Origin: Bdellovibrionales bacterium
GTDB lineage: Bacteria > Bdellovibrionota > Bdellovibrionia > Bdellovibrionales > JAUICD01
Length of the DNA: 64,000 nucleotides
Reading direction: 5' to 3'
Assembly (NCBI GenBank): GCA_965262715.1
Contig: OZ253553.1
Coordinates: forward strand, 448,001-512,000
Shown: one piece after another, positions 10,661-21,244 of the stretch
Position numbering within the stretch: position 1 is the stretch's first letter
How the letters are laid out: each line of letters opens with the position of its first letter
The notes under the pieces: model-generated
Told to the model about the DNA's origin: nothing
Databases searched by the model: none
What the model saw: the letters and a program-made list of their open reading frames with translations, nothing else
Program-made: the position numbers and the translations under genes

Positions 10661-11134
10661 ATGGAAAGAGGCATTAAAAGACCTTTAGAATTTAAAACGC
10701 TGATTGAATCTTTAAGAACAGATAAAGATGATGTGTTAAAAGAATCTCCTTTTAGAACTTATGCAGAGATTATGGCCTTTTCTGCAAGTGTTGGAGCAAA
10801 GCTATCTCCAGAAGGCTTTAAAAATAATTATAAACCTGATGGTGAACCTATAAAATATTATACTTTCAAAAATGAGGGTTTTGATGGAATTATAAATATT
10901 TTAGCAGTGTATAAAACGAATAATTTAAATGTACTGACATCTGAAGGAGAACAAAAAGATAAGAAAATTGCTATCTTTGAGGGGTATGCTTATGCAGGAC
11001 TAAAAAAACTACAGTCTGTTCTTAATCGCCCTGGTATGACCCTTGATAACTTAGTAGAATTTGTGAAAGAACATATAGAAGAGAAGAAAGAAAATCAAAA
11101 AGGAGAGATAGATTTACAATCACTTTTATCTTGA
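10661..11134 (+). CDS. pbeD: DNA phosphorothioation-associated protein 4 (PbeD-like)
   Basis: PFRTYAEIMAFSASVG and IFEGYAYAGL motifs; last gene of the pbe block. Confidence 0.75.
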   Translation: MERGIKRPLEFKTLIESLRTDKDDVLKESPFRTYAEIMAFSASVGAKLSPEGFKNNYKPDGEPIKYYTFKNEGFDGIINILAVYKTNNLNVLTSEGEQKDKKIAIFEGYAYAGLKKLQSVLNRPGMTLDNLVEFVKEHIEEKKENQKGEIDLQSLLS

Positions 11135-11209
11135 CCTTAGAGCAGAAAAATATCTAATTTTTATTATAATTTTTATAAAAAACTTTTAGTGAAAAAGGGA
11201 ATTTAAAAT

Positions 11210-12499
11210 ATGAGTTTCAAAGGAATTGAAGTGAAAAATCTTTTAATTAATACAGAAAATCCCCGATTTGCTCCTGTTGAAAATCAACAATCTGCTATTG
11301 ATACTATGCTTACAGACAAGAGGTCAAATCTAAAAAACTTAGCCAAAAATATAGCAGAAAAGGGTTTGAACCCTGGAGAGCTGTTATATGTTACAAAGGA
11401 AAACAAAAAATATATTGTTCTTGAAGGTAATCGTAGAGTGACAGCTATAAAATTAATCACTGATCCTCAGCTTGTAAGAAATAACGCAAAGAATAAAAAG
11501 TTTTTTCAGGATTTAAGCAATAAATACATAGATAATTTATCATTGAAATTAAATTGTGTGGTTTTTAATAATAAAAAAGATGCAGAACATTGGGTTAAGC
11601 AAAGACATACTGGCGAGAATAAGGGTATTGGAACGGTTGCATGGAGTACTGAACAACAAGAACGGTATCGATCTCAAGTCACTGGATCACCGTCCAAACT
11701 TGTTCAAGTTCTTGATTTTATAAGAAAACACAATATTAGACATAGTAGTAAAAAAGATACAATTATTCAAAAAGTACTTAGCACTCCTTATGTGCGAAAG
11801 CAAATAGGCATAGACTTCAGAAAGGGAAAACTAATATTAGTTCAAGATGAAAAAAGTGTTGTTAGAAATTTTGAAAAAGTTATAAATAAAATAGATGCTT
11901 CTAATTTTAGTCCTAGAGATACTATTGATTCAAAAGAGAAAAGAAGAATATGGATAGATAACGTTTTAGGAGATCAAACTCCTAAAAAGACATCTAAGGC
12001 AGAAAGAGAAAGAAATAATAAAAAAATAAAGAAACAAACATCGATCAACAATAGAAGTAGAAAAACATTAATCCCTTCAGATTTTATACTTAATATCACT
12101 CAAGAAAGGATTAACTTAATTTATGAGGAATTAAAGTCTTTGGAGATCAAGAAGTATAACAATGCTGTAGCTGTTCTCTTTCGTGTTTTTTTAGAATTAA
12201 GCTTAGATCATTTTATTGATGAGAATAAAGAAAGAATAAAGCTAAGATCAGAAAAAAATACGAGACCACCTACACTTAAGGATAAATTAGAAGGCATTGT
12301 TAAATATATGGAAGAGGAGAAGATTTTAACAAAACATGAGCTAAAACCTATTCGCACAAGTATATCAGATAACGACTCTCTATTCTCTGTTGATACATTT
12401 AATTCTTATGTCCATAATCGAGACCATAATCCCATTACTGAATATTTAGAGAAAACTTGGAGCAATTATAGTAAGTTTATTCCAAAATTATGGGAATAA
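11210..12499 (+). CDS. ParB/Srx-like N-terminal domain protein with possible HEPN-like C-terminus
   Basis: ENPRF and VLEGNRR; C-terminal AVLFRVFLE...FNSYVHN. Confidence 0.65.
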   Translation: MSFKGIEVKNLLINTENPRFAPVENQQSAIDTMLTDKRSNLKNLAKNIAEKGLNPGELLYVTKENKKYIVLEGNRRVTAIKLITDPQLVRNNAKNKKFFQDLSNKYIDNLSLKLNCVVFNNKKDAEHWVKQRHTGENKGIGTVAWSTEQQERYRSQVTGSPSKLVQVLDFIRKHNIRHSSKKDTIIQKVLSTPYVRKQIGIDFRKGKLILVQDEKSVVRNFEKVINKIDASNFSPRDTIDSKEKRRIWIDNVLGDQTPKKTSKAERERNNKKIKKQTSINNRSRKTLIPSDFILNITQERINLIYEELKSLEIKKYNNAVAVLFRVFLELSLDHFIDENKERIKLRSEKNTRPPTLKDKLEGIVKYMEEEKILTKHELKPIRTSISDNDSLFSVDTFNSYVHNRDHNPITEYLEKTWSNYSKFIPKLWE

Positions 12500-12638
12500 C
12501 TCGAAAAATAAAATCAAACCTAGTATGTGTTACATTTTGAAAAACAGATTATTCCTTTTCTAAAGAGATTTTCATTTCCTTTTAGCCTCAAATATCTTTC
12601 CAAATAATTTGAAAATGTTGATTTAATATAAGGTCAAT

Positions 12639-13766
12639 TTAATGAATAAAGTGCTTGAGTTCTTTGGCAATTTGAGAGGCTTCTTTTTGGCTTATGCTAT
12701 AACCAATAGATAATCGAATGGAGGATAAACTCTCTTCATCTGTCAGCCCAATAGCTTTTAAAACATGGCTGGGTTGATAATCATGAGAAGTGCAAGCAGA
12801 GCCATTGCTCAAAGCAAGCTCTTTAAGCCTTAAAAATAAAGCTTCTGACCTCACTCCCTGTATTCTAAAACTTAAAGTAGTGGCAAGCTTGGAGTCTATC
12901 TCTACATTGAATTGAATCAATGGAGATTGTGTTAGCTCTGACTTAATAGAGTTTAAAATAGATAAAAGTTTTTTTTTGTTGACCCTAGAGTGCAGCTTTT
13001 GACAAACCTCTGATGCTTTTGCAAATCCTGCAATTAAAGGAGTGGGGAGTGTACCAGATCTAAGTCCTCCTTCATGTCCTCCACCAAAAATAATAGGACT
13101 TAATGGTTTTCGTGATTTTCTACCATTAATAAAAAGACAACCAATGCCCTTTGGACCATAAATTTTATGAGCCGAAGCTGTATAATAGTCAATACTCTGA
13201 TTCAAGTTTAAAGGGACTTTACAAAATCCTTGAGCTCCATCCACATGAACAAAAGCTCCTGCCTCTTTTGCTAAACTCGCCACATCTTGCACAGGTTGAA
13301 TTGTACCAAGTTCATTGTTGACATGCATTAATGAAACAAGGCCTGTTTTTTCATCTAGAACTTTAGCAAAGTCTTCAGGGCAAACATAACCTGTCTTCTT
13401 TGGCTTTATATAGATGATTTCAAATCCTTCTTCTTGCAAGTGATTTAAAGGGTCTAAGACAGACTTATGTTCAAACTCTGAAGTAATGATTTTTGTCCTG
13501 CCTATTTCTTTAAGGTGTTTTTTAATTCCCAAAATGACTAAATTATTAGCTTCAGTCGCTCCGGAAGTGAAAATAACGTATTTTGACTCTAAGCTAAATA
13601 AAGAAGCTAATTTTGATCTGCACTCAGAGATCACTTTATGGGTTTGTCTGCCTGGTTCGTGAGTTCTTGAAGCTGGATTAGCAAATTTTTCAGAAAAATA
13701 AGGAAGCATTGCATCTAGCACTTCATGATGGACAGGCGTTGTGGCATTGTAATCAAGATAAATCAT
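12639..13766 (-). CDS. dndA: Cysteine desulfurase DndA
   Basis: YLDYNATTP, SAHKIYGPKGIG, SNGSACTS; end of the dnd operon. Confidence 0.93.
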   Translation of the reverse strand: MIYLDYNATTPVHHEVLDAMLPYFSEKFANPASRTHEPGRQTHKVISECRSKLASLFSLESKYVIFTSGATEANNLVILGIKKHLKEIGRTKIITSEFEHKSVLDPLNHLQEEGFEIIYIKPKKTGYVCPEDFAKVLDEKTGLVSLMHVNNELGTIQPVQDVASLAKEAGAFVHVDGAQGFCKVPLNLNQSIDYYTASAHKIYGPKGIGCLFINGRKSRKPLSPIIFGGGHEGGLRSGTLPTPLIAGFAKASEVCQKLHSRVNKKKLLSILNSIKSELTQSPLIQFNVEIDSKLATTLSFRIQGVRSEALFLRLKELALSNGSACTSHDYQPSHVLKAIGLTDEESLSSIRLSIGYSISQKEASQIAKELKHFIH

Positions 13767-14158
13767 AAGTTTTGTTCTTTTATGAGATAAAGAATATCTT
13801 CCTGATTTTTAACTCTTGCAGAAAGTGCTATTACACCTCTATTAATGTGAGCCACCATATAAGACGTAATCTCTTTAGAAGTCATCGAGTTTTCTTTTTG
13901 AGAGTTGTTTTTTTTATAAAGTCCTCTCTCCTTCAACATACACATATAAATAGGGTCATATTCACCAAATAGGGTTAAACGATTAAATTCCATACCGTCC
14001 TCTCTGTAGAAATCTTTTTGAGGGGGTCTATCATCTTCAAGAGATAATGCTAAAGCTATTCTGGCAATAGGATAGAGTGATTCTGTTTTAAGACGCATCT
14101 TTAATTGCCTCATCTTATCAGTAGCTTCTTGTGAAACTTTAATTCTATTTGTTATCAT
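13763..14158 (-). CDS. dndE: DNA sulfur modification protein DndE
   Basis: RIKVSQEAT, EFNRLTLFGE, AHINRG motifs; between dndD and dndA. Confidence 0.9.
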   Translation of the reverse strand: MITNRIKVSQEATDKMRQLKMRLKTESLYPIARIALALSLEDDRPPQKDFYREDGMEFNRLTLFGEYDPIYMCMLKERGLYKKNNSQKENSMTSKEITSYMVAHINRGVIALSARVKNQEDILYLIKEQNL

Positions 14159-16173
14159 TGCATACCATCCATAGAAATTTGATCTGGAAAAAGATAGCCT
14201 TTATGAATATTTGAATAGCCCTTTTGAAGATTAAAGTTAATGCTGTAAGAGTGAGAAATATGTTTTTGCATTTTATCAAAGTAACTTTTGTGAATCTCTG
14301 TATCAGTAGAGAGGATAACAACTTGATGACTTGCCTTAGGAAAGAAGTTTTTAATTAGCTGATCTCTATGATGGGCATCTAATCGCCCTAAAGGAGTATC
14401 AATAATCATGGGTAATGCTTTACCTGATGTTTTAGCTAAAGCCCATAAAACAGAAATAGCATAGATTTGTTTTTCTCCAGCAGATAACATATCAACAGGA
14501 ATGACTTTTTGATTCTTGTCAAGCATAGTGACCTCAAAACAAGATGGGTCAATTTTTACACTTTTAATAAATCCTGATTTACCATGAACTTGAGAATAAC
14601 AATCATAGATTGCACCTTCTAATTGTTTTAATTTTTGCTGAGTTAATTCCTTTTCAAACTGAAAGAGCACTTTTTTTATATTGTCAATTCTTGCATAACA
14701 GTCTTTTTGTTCCTTATTTTTTTCAAGGTCATCATGTAATTTTTTTTGTCTTTTAGAAAGCAGCTCAAGTTCTCTTTTATTTTTACCTAATTCTTTATCA
14801 TACAACTGAACTTCTTTTTCTTGTGAACCAAGTATTTGGTTTTGTGTACTGATTTCTTTATGAAGTTGTATTACAGTATCACTTTCAAGAGTGCGCTCTA
14901 TTTGGCTTTCTACTTTCTTAATATGACGACTTAACTTTTCCAATTCCTTAAATAGTTCAACTAATTCATTTTTTTCCTCTTTTGTGTTATTTAACAGATC
15001 AAGACATTGATAAGCAGAACGAACATCTAACTCATATTTAATATCCTCTTTAGAAAAATCAGAAAGCCAAGTACTAGTATAACCAGAGAGTTGATCGGAA
15101 AGAGATTGAGCAATGTTGTGTTTGATTTTAAGCTCTTTCGCAATACGTTTGACAGTTTTGTCTAATTCTATTCTTTTCTTGGCAAGAACATCATTAGAAA
15201 TTTTAATTTCTAAAGCTTGAATTTCTTTTTTAAGTTGAAGTGAAACTTTTTTAATCAAAGAGGGAGCTAACATAAAAGGAATATGACTTTCACACTTATA
15301 TGCCACTGCTTGTCTCGTTTGATCAATTTTTATATTATCTTCTTTTTGATATTCTTTTAATTTATCTCGTTTTTCGTAATATTCTCCTCCCTCCTTTTTT
15401 AGTTTTTCTTCTAGTCGTTTTATATATGATTTTGTAGAGCTTACTTTACTATTTGAAGAGGCATGAGATGACTGGCATTTATCAAACTCTTTTTTAAGAA
15501 CAGATATTTTATTAGAAATATTTTTTAACTCCTTAGAAGTGAGAACCCCTTTAGAGGTTTCTATATGTTTTTTATAGATCATTTGAAGGTCTGTTGAAAG
15601 ACTTGGGATAATTGATAAGTTTAAAAGGGACTTTACAGAATAGGCTAAATTTTGATTTGAGCCTTCAGCAAGGGTTTGAATTTTTTCACCATCAAAGAAG
15701 AACAAATCAATCACACCTTGAGGGATAAGGTCTTCTATAAAATCTTGCCAAAAAGAAGGATCTAAGTTTAAAAGCTGTCCATCTTGTTCGATTGATAGAT
15801 CTTCCTTAATGGAGTGACCTGATAAATACCACTTACGAACAATATTGTATTCATATTCTCTTGACTTTGTAGGATGATCACCTTCTCTGAAAGCTTTGAA
15901 CTTCAGTTGAACAAAAGTCATTTCATCTTTTTTTGTAAACCAATTGATTCGAGACTTGAGGTAAGATAAATATTCTGACGTTGATATCCTTTCATTAAGT
16001 GACTTAGAACCATATAAACATAACTTAATAGCTTCAAATAGAGTTGATTTTCCAGCTCCATTTTTTCCGCCAATGAGTAAAACACTTTTCTTTTGTGTTT
16101 TTGGGGTTAAATCTAAATTATGGCATCCATTATAAATACCAAAGTTTTGTAACTTAATAGCAGATATTAGCAT
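14155..16173 (-). CDS. dndD: DNA sulfur modification ATPase DndD
   Basis: GKNGAGKST, LFFFDGEKI, LSAGEKQ, IIDTPLGRLD, ASHQVVILSTDTEI. Confidence 0.95.
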   Translation of the reverse strand: MLISAIKLQNFGIYNGCHNLDLTPKTQKKSVLLIGGKNGAGKSTLFEAIKLCLYGSKSLNERISTSEYLSYLKSRINWFTKKDEMTFVQLKFKAFREGDHPTKSREYEYNIVRKWYLSGHSIKEDLSIEQDGQLLNLDPSFWQDFIEDLIPQGVIDLFFFDGEKIQTLAEGSNQNLAYSVKSLLNLSIIPSLSTDLQMIYKKHIETSKGVLTSKELKNISNKISVLKKEFDKCQSSHASSNSKVSSTKSYIKRLEEKLKKEGGEYYEKRDKLKEYQKEDNIKIDQTRQAVAYKCESHIPFMLAPSLIKKVSLQLKKEIQALEIKISNDVLAKKRIELDKTVKRIAKELKIKHNIAQSLSDQLSGYTSTWLSDFSKEDIKYELDVRSAYQCLDLLNNTKEEKNELVELFKELEKLSRHIKKVESQIERTLESDTVIQLHKEISTQNQILGSQEKEVQLYDKELGKNKRELELLSKRQKKLHDDLEKNKEQKDCYARIDNIKKVLFQFEKELTQQKLKQLEGAIYDCYSQVHGKSGFIKSVKIDPSCFEVTMLDKNQKVIPVDMLSAGEKQIYAISVLWALAKTSGKALPMIIDTPLGRLDAHHRDQLIKNFFPKASHQVVILSTDTEIHKSYFDKMQKHISHSYSINFNLQKGYSNIHKGYLFPDQISMDGMQ

Positions 16174-16191
16174 TTGTTTCTCTCTTTGGTT

Positions 16192-17703
16192 TTATTTTAA
16201 GAGTTGATAAATTTTATGAGTTTGTATGTTTTCGGTTTTAAGTCTTTTCTTTCGAGACTTTATAATTTCAGATGTCGCTCTCCATTCCTCTGTAATAACA
16301 TTTTCTAGGTCGTGAATGACTTTAGTTCTTCTTTTAAGGCCATCATAGGACCTTGCTGTATCAAGCAGTTTTGCAACGAGTTGCGTAGGCACATTGTTTT
16401 CCTGACATATATGATCAAGTAGACGATAATCTAATCCATTAAATCCACCTCCTTTTATATTTTTAAGAGGATATTCTTTTTGCATAATCTCTTCATAAAT
16501 CTGAGGAACACTATCATCCCAGTCTTGAAGTTCAATTCGCCAAAGCTTTCTGATTTCCTCTAACTCTGCCATTGAGATTAGTTCAAAATATTCTTTTGTA
16601 GTGTTTTTTGCATTGACCTTTTTTTCAGTCAAAAGAAGTTTTTTTAAAAAATCTTTTAAGTATTTAAACTTATAAGGCCCATAAGATAACTGTGAAGAGG
16701 TACGCTCTTTTTCTTTTCGACTGCTCTTTTCATTATTTGTTTTTCGAGTTAACCAGTGAGCTTGTCCAGATCTTCTTTTATGATCTCGATATTTCTTTTT
16801 ACCTTCTGGGGTTTGTGTTTCTGCTAACATATCCCGAAAATCAAGCAGTGGTTCCAACCATCCTTCACCATTTTCTACCATAGCTGTAAGCGCTTTGTCT
16901 TGTTTAACTACAGTGCATGTCCAGCAACCAAAACGGCTATTTCCACAGGAAGCTGTTGAAGTATCTATCACAAGAGGGCATTCTCCTGCATTGGCTGATT
17001 TATAAAGTGACAAAAGAGAGTGATTGTCAAATCCCCAAGGACAGTCATATTGTAATAAGAAAGCCCAAACATCATCTGTTGAAAAGTCTTTGATTGGAGG
17101 ATAAACGTATGCGCCGCTTAGTGTAGAGTGTCTTGAAAGTAATGCATTAGGGTTGTATTTATCCTTATTTTTTTTGAATGTGCTAGCACGAGCAGTAGAC
17201 TCATTTGCTCTTACACCTAGTACCATAATAACTTCACCATACCGTGAAACTTGATCTGCTATAAATTTATTAGCAGGTTTGATCTTCATTCGGTCAGTGC
17301 ACCAACGAAATTGTTGGGATGGGGCAGGATAACCTCTTCCTAATAAATTCACCCAGAAAGTATTTGTAACTTCTGGCTCTACTTTGACTGCTTTAATGGG
17401 CAAGTTATCTTTTTTTGCAGCTTTTTCGATAAGTGCTAAATTGATATCTACATGATTTACAATTGCTGGAGTTTCTACTTTTGTATCTGATGAAAGAACA
17501 TAAACTGTTTTATTAAGTTCCTTCAGTGGCAAGTCAAGTAGAGATAGGTAAATAAGTTGTGTGATAGCTGTAGAATCTTTTCCTCCAGAGTAGCCAATAA
17601 TCCATGGAGTGTTGTTTTTAAGGTATAGATCCTGAATTTCTTGTTTCAAACTGTGAAGTTTTCTTCCTCCAAAACTATTTAAAGATGTTTTTGTTGTTGT
17701 CAT
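16192..17703 (-). CDS. dndC: Phosphorothioation sulfurtransferase DndC
   Basis: PWIIGYSGGKDS, FRWCTDRMKIKP, CGNSRFGCWTCTVV. Confidence 0.97.
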   Translation of the reverse strand: MTTTKTSLNSFGGRKLHSLKQEIQDLYLKNNTPWIIGYSGGKDSTAITQLIYLSLLDLPLKELNKTVYVLSSDTKVETPAIVNHVDINLALIEKAAKKDNLPIKAVKVEPEVTNTFWVNLLGRGYPAPSQQFRWCTDRMKIKPANKFIADQVSRYGEVIMVLGVRANESTARASTFKKNKDKYNPNALLSRHSTLSGAYVYPPIKDFSTDDVWAFLLQYDCPWGFDNHSLLSLYKSANAGECPLVIDTSTASCGNSRFGCWTCTVVKQDKALTAMVENGEGWLEPLLDFRDMLAETQTPEGKKKYRDHKRRSGQAHWLTRKTNNEKSSRKEKERTSSQLSYGPYKFKYLKDFLKKLLLTEKKVNAKNTTKEYFELISMAELEEIRKLWRIELQDWDDSVPQIYEEIMQKEYPLKNIKGGGFNGLDYRLLDHICQENNVPTQLVAKLLDTARSYDGLKRRTKVIHDLENVITEEWRATSEIIKSRKKRLKTENIQTHKIYQLLK

Positions 17704-17760
17704 TTCTATCTAACCTTTTTTAATTTTTAAAACACACAATCTTTAGCAAAACTTATTTTT

Positions 17761-18840
17761 TTAAAGAGTTCTTGTATTTATATACTGTTTATCTTCATTA
17801 GTCAGTGGAATCTTTAACTGTTGTTTGATCACAATCGAAGTACGCTTCACACTATCTGCTGATTTAGATACTCGTCCGTTGATCAGAGCATTTCCCTCCC
17901 AAAGCTTTGTATTTGATCTAGCCCAATCAATGCCACTAAGACCTTTTAGATAGCTCTGCCATTTCTTGGTGTATCTTTTTGTTATATCATAACCTACATT
18001 ACCAATAGCTTGCAGGGCAACCCCATGCCCATGAACATATTCTTCTCTTAACAAAGCTGAAGAAATCTTACGTGCTTTAGCTGCCTTCCACTGGTGCATA
18101 TTTTTTGTCACATGATTCCAGAAAGTTATAGCTTTTTCTCTGTCTAATTCTGTAATAAGATCATCTTTCTTACGGCTATCTAATAAAACTTTTGTTGCGT
18201 TATAGATAGAAGAAAGAGTGAATAGTTTTGTCGAGCGGTTGGAAATAGAGCTTTTTTCTTTCTCAGTTAATCCATTGAAAATATTGTTTTTTTCGATGAT
18301 ATCCCTTGTCAACTGGCTCAAAGGGCTTCGGTGATCATATAAAATACCTATTGATTGAGTTGGACGCACTGCATGCCTATTCAAATCTGCAAAAAGTTGT
18401 TGAGATCGTTTAAGCCCTTCATCAACAAGAAAAACAACAGATATTGACTCGCCGCCCAATTCAGGTATAGTTTTAAGAGCTTCTTCTATTGCTGCCCTGC
18501 GGTGTTGTCCATCGTTTATGATAAATTTACAGTCCATAGATATAGAGAGCATGCCAATATTTGGATTGTCATTATGAGCTTTAAAATCATATTCGGAGTC
18601 AATGGAAGCAGTAATGGATGAGAAGACATAATTTTTTGGATTATAAATCAAATAGTTTGTCATTTCTGGAATACGGGCTTTATTAAGCACTCTCTGAGCA
18701 CGCAATTCGGGTCTTAATTCTTCATCAATAAAAGTAAAGATTTTAGGGACAAGCCGCAGTGGACACATCACAGTGAAATATTCCTTACAAGCCTGTATAC
18801 CCCTAATTGCTGGAAAAGAAAATGCATTTGTGATGGCCAT
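17761..18840 (-). CDS. dndB: DndB regulator (DGQHR domain)
   Basis: FPAIRGIQA, RAQRVLNKARIP, INDGQHRRAAIE, QQLFADLN. Confidence 0.95.
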   Translation of the reverse strand: MAITNAFSFPAIRGIQACKEYFTVMCPLRLVPKIFTFIDEELRPELRAQRVLNKARIPEMTNYLIYNPKNYVFSSITASIDSEYDFKAHNDNPNIGMLSISMDCKFIINDGQHRRAAIEEALKTIPELGGESISVVFLVDEGLKRSQQLFADLNRHAVRPTQSIGILYDHRSPLSQLTRDIIEKNNIFNGLTEKEKSSISNRSTKLFTLSSIYNATKVLLDSRKKDDLITELDREKAITFWNHVTKNMHQWKAAKARKISSALLREEYVHGHGVALQAIGNVGYDITKRYTKKWQSYLKGLSGIDWARSNTKLWEGNALINGRVSKSADSVKRTSIVIKQQLKIPLTNEDKQYINTRTL

Positions 18841-19000
18841 AATTATCCTCCTTTATGATTTGATCTGATTTCACACTGTGGAAGTTAAAAAATAAACTTC
18901 CAAAGTAAAAAAATAAACTTCCTTTATAAGAAGAATAGACAAAATTTAACAAAGTACAATATCGGGAGATGCAGATAAAGTCTTAGGTCTAGGATGGTTT

Positions 19001-19963
19001 TTAATATTCAGATTGAACTAGTTCAAAAGAACTCAGTGGCATTTTTGAAATGCATTCAGATTTAATCATAGATAGAAGTCTTTGCCGATCTACAAATAAG
19101 CAGTTTTCTACCGGTTTTTCTTTAATAAAATCATTATTGTCATTTCTATAAGAGGCAGGTATAAAAAACATATTGATGGGATTATTTGAGAAGGTCATAT
19201 AACGGTTAAAATTAATGGGATGAGCCTCAAGGACTTCTTTTTCAAAATCTTGGCTTTTAGCTTTACATTGTCCAAAAATTACAATACCGCCCTGTTGTCC
19301 ATCAGAAAGTCTTCTAACTCCAACAAGATCAAGTCCTTTGTCACCAGCAGCATGTAGTTTATTAATTTGCTTCTCGTGTGGTTCTTCACCTATAAAGTTT
19401 GCTAATTTTACAAGAGCACCTCTTAAATTTGTATCAAAACAATCTCTCCGGTCATCAGATTGTAGACTGAATAGTTTAAAATCGAAGCCAGGCAGCCATT
19501 CTGCAGTAGCAATCCTGCAGATTTCTTCAAAATTATATGCAAGAGTAAGCCGTGAAGACCGATTCACGTGCTTTAGTCTGCTTGCTATTAAAAGATTGAG
19601 GTATAATTTGTATTCAGGTTTATCTTTCCAATTTTCTTTTAGAATTAATCTACTTTCTTTAAAATCAAATGGATAGTATGTAGACAGTAATGCTGTATTT
19701 ACTCTCATCTGAAAATGAGGCAAAGCTGAGTTCCATATCTTATCAGTTTTTTCTATATCTTTTTCGTCATTATCACTGTTATCTTCATTTTCATCACCAT
19801 TCCCTTCATTTATATTATTTTCGCTTATAATTAATGATTCTATTTCAGATCTTGATAAAAAATCTTCATTACTTAGCAAAAGCCTTAATTCTAATTCATC
19901 TGTCAAAATGTAGGGCTTACGTATTTCAAATTCATTAAAGGAAAGGGAAACTGATATATTCAT
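19001..19963 (-). CDS. Putative PD-(D/E)XK restriction-endonuclease-like protein
   Basis: FEEIC...GDKGLDLVG...FGQCKA motif pattern. Confidence 0.6.
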   Translation of the reverse strand: MNISVSLSFNEFEIRKPYILTDELELRLLLSNEDFLSRSEIESLIISENNINEGNGDENEDNSDNDEKDIEKTDKIWNSALPHFQMRVNTALLSTYYPFDFKESRLILKENWKDKPEYKLYLNLLIASRLKHVNRSSRLTLAYNFEEICRIATAEWLPGFDFKLFSLQSDDRRDCFDTNLRGALVKLANFIGEEPHEKQINKLHAAGDKGLDLVGVRRLSDGQQGGIVIFGQCKAKSQDFEKEVLEAHPINFNRYMTFSNNPINMFFIPASYRNDNNDFIKEKPVENCLFVDRQRLLSMIKSECISKMPLSSFELVQSEY

Positions 19964-21057
19964 TAATCATCTATCTTCTTTAGTCTTTCTTCTATTACTT
20001 TTAATCTTTCTTTTATAATTTCAATAACTTCATCAATTTCTTTCTTATTATCTATTACAGATGTTTCTTGTATGTTGTTTTGAGCATCACCTAATATGTT
20101 TTTAGCTTTATACAAATTGCTAACAAACTCTTTTGCAGCTGAGTTCAATATTCTTAAAGCTTCTTTTATGGAGTTAGTTTGTCTTAATTTTTTCACAGCT
20201 TCAGATTCAGTAACAATTTCTGCCAAGTCATTTAAATGCCTAGGATTACCAAGAATTGTACGCCCTTTATCATCTCTTTCGCAGATAACTTTTACGATAA
20301 GTTTTAAATTTTTCATCTTCATTTTATCTGCAAAATCTAATCGAAAGTCATTTGGGATACCAACAAAATCTCTAATATCAAGATTTGATATGGCTCTATA
20401 AAAAACATAAGATTGAAAGGTTTTTTCACTAACTTCGTTTAACTCAAAAAAATCATTATCTTTAACGATATTGTAAATATATAAAGTTAATAAATTTCTT
20501 CTGATATAGTCAGATTTACTTCCTATAGATCGTGTCACACTCAAAACTCTTTCATTTATATCCAATGATTCATCAGTTTTATCGAATAACTTTCTGATAT
20601 ACCTTGCTTTGGCTATAAGATCCCAGCTTTTAACTCCACTAATATGCCTTAAGCCTAGATAAGAAAGCACTTTTCCTCTGTTATCAAATTTAACACATGG
20701 AATTTTTTTAGGCTTATGTTCTGCATCTTCAGCTTTTTTGGCCAAATTTCTAAGATGATATTTTTTAGCTAAGTTAGGATTGTTTAAAACCTTTAAAGCT
20801 GATAGTCTTCTGTTCCCTTCTACAACTGTATATTTCTCAGAATCTTCTTTAGATGGAATGACAATCAGAGGTTCTCCTGCAAAATAGTCGTTTTCACCTA
20901 TTGCTTGAACTAACTCATCAATATCATATTGTTCAATGATGTGTTCAAAGGCTTGTTCTTGATTGCTTACAGCAATATCCTCTGGAAGCCTTGGATTGTC
21001 TAAGTCTAGTAGTAAGTTGTTAATTCTAATTTTTTCAATATTTCGACCATCAGTCAT
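19963..21057 (-). CDS. ParB/Srx-like N-terminal domain protein
   Basis: DLDNPRL, VVEGNRRLSALK, RHISGVKSW; stop/start overlap with the nuclease gene. Confidence 0.7.
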   Translation of the reverse strand: MTDGRNIEKIRINNLLLDLDNPRLPEDIAVSNQEQAFEHIIEQYDIDELVQAIGENDYFAGEPLIVIPSKEDSEKYTVVEGNRRLSALKVLNNPNLAKKYHLRNLAKKAEDAEHKPKKIPCVKFDNRGKVLSYLGLRHISGVKSWDLIAKARYIRKLFDKTDESLDINERVLSVTRSIGSKSDYIRRNLLTLYIYNIVKDNDFFELNEVSEKTFQSYVFYRAISNLDIRDFVGIPNDFRLDFADKMKMKNLKLIVKVICERDDKGRTILGNPRHLNDLAEIVTESEAVKKLRQTNSIKEALRILNSAAKEFVSNLYKAKNILGDAQNNIQETSVIDNKKEIDEVIEIIKERLKVIEERLKKIDD

Positions 21058-21244
21058 ATACTTTTACCCTTAGCAAAATAGATTCACAAACTAATAAATA
21101 AGAATCTAATTTTTCAAATGTTTCTTATCTATCTAACTTCTAACTAATTGTTAATAAATTTTACTTTTATATTTTAATGATATTTAATTATACTTTTTTC
21201 CAGAAGCAAGTAAAAAAACTGCCCTTTATCCTATAAATCTAAGT

